DNA of 64,000 nt from Eshraghiella crossota. Lineage in GTDB: Bacteria; Bacillota; Clostridia; Christensenellales; CAG-917. The translations under genes and the position numbers were made by a program. The stretch is taken from NCBI GenBank assembly GCA_963590075.1, contig CAVANK010000004.1, positions 18,670 through 82,669 on the forward strand. Reading direction: 5' to 3'. Positions within the stretch are counted from its first letter, which is position 1. The number at the start of each line of letters is the position of its first letter. This document shows, piece by piece, positions 63,322 to 64,000 of the stretch. The notes beneath the pieces are model-generated. The model saw only the letters and a program-made list of their open reading frames with translations. It was not told the DNA's origin and did not search any database.

Positions 63322-64000
63322 ATGAAAACATTGAGAAGAACAATTATCGCAATTTTATTGATTGTGCTTGCATGCGCAACGTTCGTTGCGTGCAACGACG
63401 ATAACAATCCACCGGCGAATGAAAACGAGCAACAAATTGTTGAGAAGAAAGTGACCGCAGATCCCGATCCTAACAACCCGTATGACGTTGACGAAAATCC
63501 AAAAGATTATAGTGGATTAAAAGAGAAATTTGATGGAGATCAGATGGTTATAGTTTTTACCAATTCTGAAAGTCTAAATAACCTTTTTTATGATTATTCA
63601 ATCCAAGATTTTGATATAGAAAAGTTTAGCTCGATGCAAGAAGATGACGTCTATGCGTTGAACTCAATAAGGGATTTGGTAAAAAATGGCAATAACGACA
63701 AAAAAATTAAAGAGTATACACGTCCTATACGATTGTTTCTTAAAACACCTGATAAAGATGCGTTGCTTCAATATATAGATGAGTTTCTTCAAGATAAAGG
63801 AGTGCTCTATGCTTTTCCTGTTATTTATGGTGAATGGTTTAAGAGTGCAAACGATGTCGGGATAAACCAAGATCAAAGAGATGTTTTTGAAAGCATTCAG
63901 TTGTATGATGCGTGGGATACAACGACGGGATCGTCTAATGTTACGGTTGGGCTTATTGATTCGGGTGTTAACATCAATACTGATTTAGTTAACAATATTT
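63322..64000 (+). CDS. lipoprotein-anchored S8 (subtilisin-like) serine peptidase, 3' end outside the window
   Basis: GAGGAG RBS. MKTLRRTIIAILLIVLACATFVAC lipobox. The frame stays open to the window edge. It ends with WDTTTGSSNVTVGLIDSGV (the Asp-box of S8 peptidases). Confidence 0.7.
   Translation, partial: MKTLRRTIIAILLIVLACATFVACNDDNNPPANENEQQIVEKKVTADPDPNNPYDVDENPKDYSGLKEKFDGDQMVIVFTNSESLNNLFYDYSIQDFDIEKFSSMQEDDVYALNSIRDLVKNGNNDKKIKEYTRPIRLFLKTPDKDALLQYIDEFLQDKGVLYAFPVIYGEWFKSANDVGINQDQRDVFESIQLYDAWDTTTGSSNVTVGLIDSGVNINTDLVNNI

Noticed and set aside
63480-64000. Drop in GC in the 3' part of the window as a second foreign island
   Set aside because: It lies inside a continuous S8 peptidase reading frame that is cut by the window edge. 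There is too little sequence to judge.

Overview
This 64-kb window looks chromosomal and comes from an endospore-forming Firmicute, probably Clostridia-like. The evidence is spoIIR, sleB-ypeB, yabP-yabQ and the mrnC-rlmB-sigH gene order. I call about 58 protein genes, mostly housekeeping: fhs, malQ, dapB, a split transketolase, type III glutamine synthetase, purB-purA, nrdD, rpsF-ssb-rpsR, alaS and a two-component system. There are two tRNAs (Ala-UGC, Ile-GAU). I found no rRNA, CRISPR array, cas gene, transposase or integrase.

The unusual content is mostly non-coding. Almost every long intergenic gap holds mosaic multi-hairpin repeat modules, which I label families A, C, D, E and F.
- Stems differ between copies but stay paired (compensatory changes).
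- Families D and E begin at or right after a stop codon.
- Each family's orientation follows the upstream gene.

Other structural oddities:
- Both tRNA genes are followed by exact duplications of their 3' ends, starting at the same T-loop position. They bracket 118-bp (x2) and about 266-bp inserts whose right ends are homologous.
- The rpsF-ssb-rpsR operon lies between ~340-bp inverted arms. A ~40-bp core inside the arms is flipped between the two copies.
- The rpsR terminator is triplicated within a 243-bp tandem repeat.

Coding accessory candidates:
- An AT-rich two-gene islet (37760-38547) beside the tRNAs. It resembles a MuF-type zinc knuckle fused to a DUF6883-like domain, followed by a DUF4926-like partner. 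This could be a toxin/immunity or toxin-antitoxin pair.
- An nrdD::glutaredoxin-like fusion co-transcribed with a TrxR-like flavoprotein that lacks the NADPH-binding motifs.
- A short AlaRS lacking the beta-barrel and C-Ala domains.
- An XRE regulator paired with a zinc-ribbon/DUF898 membrane protein, with clear palindromic operators between them.

All family names come from motif recognition by eye. No database search was run.
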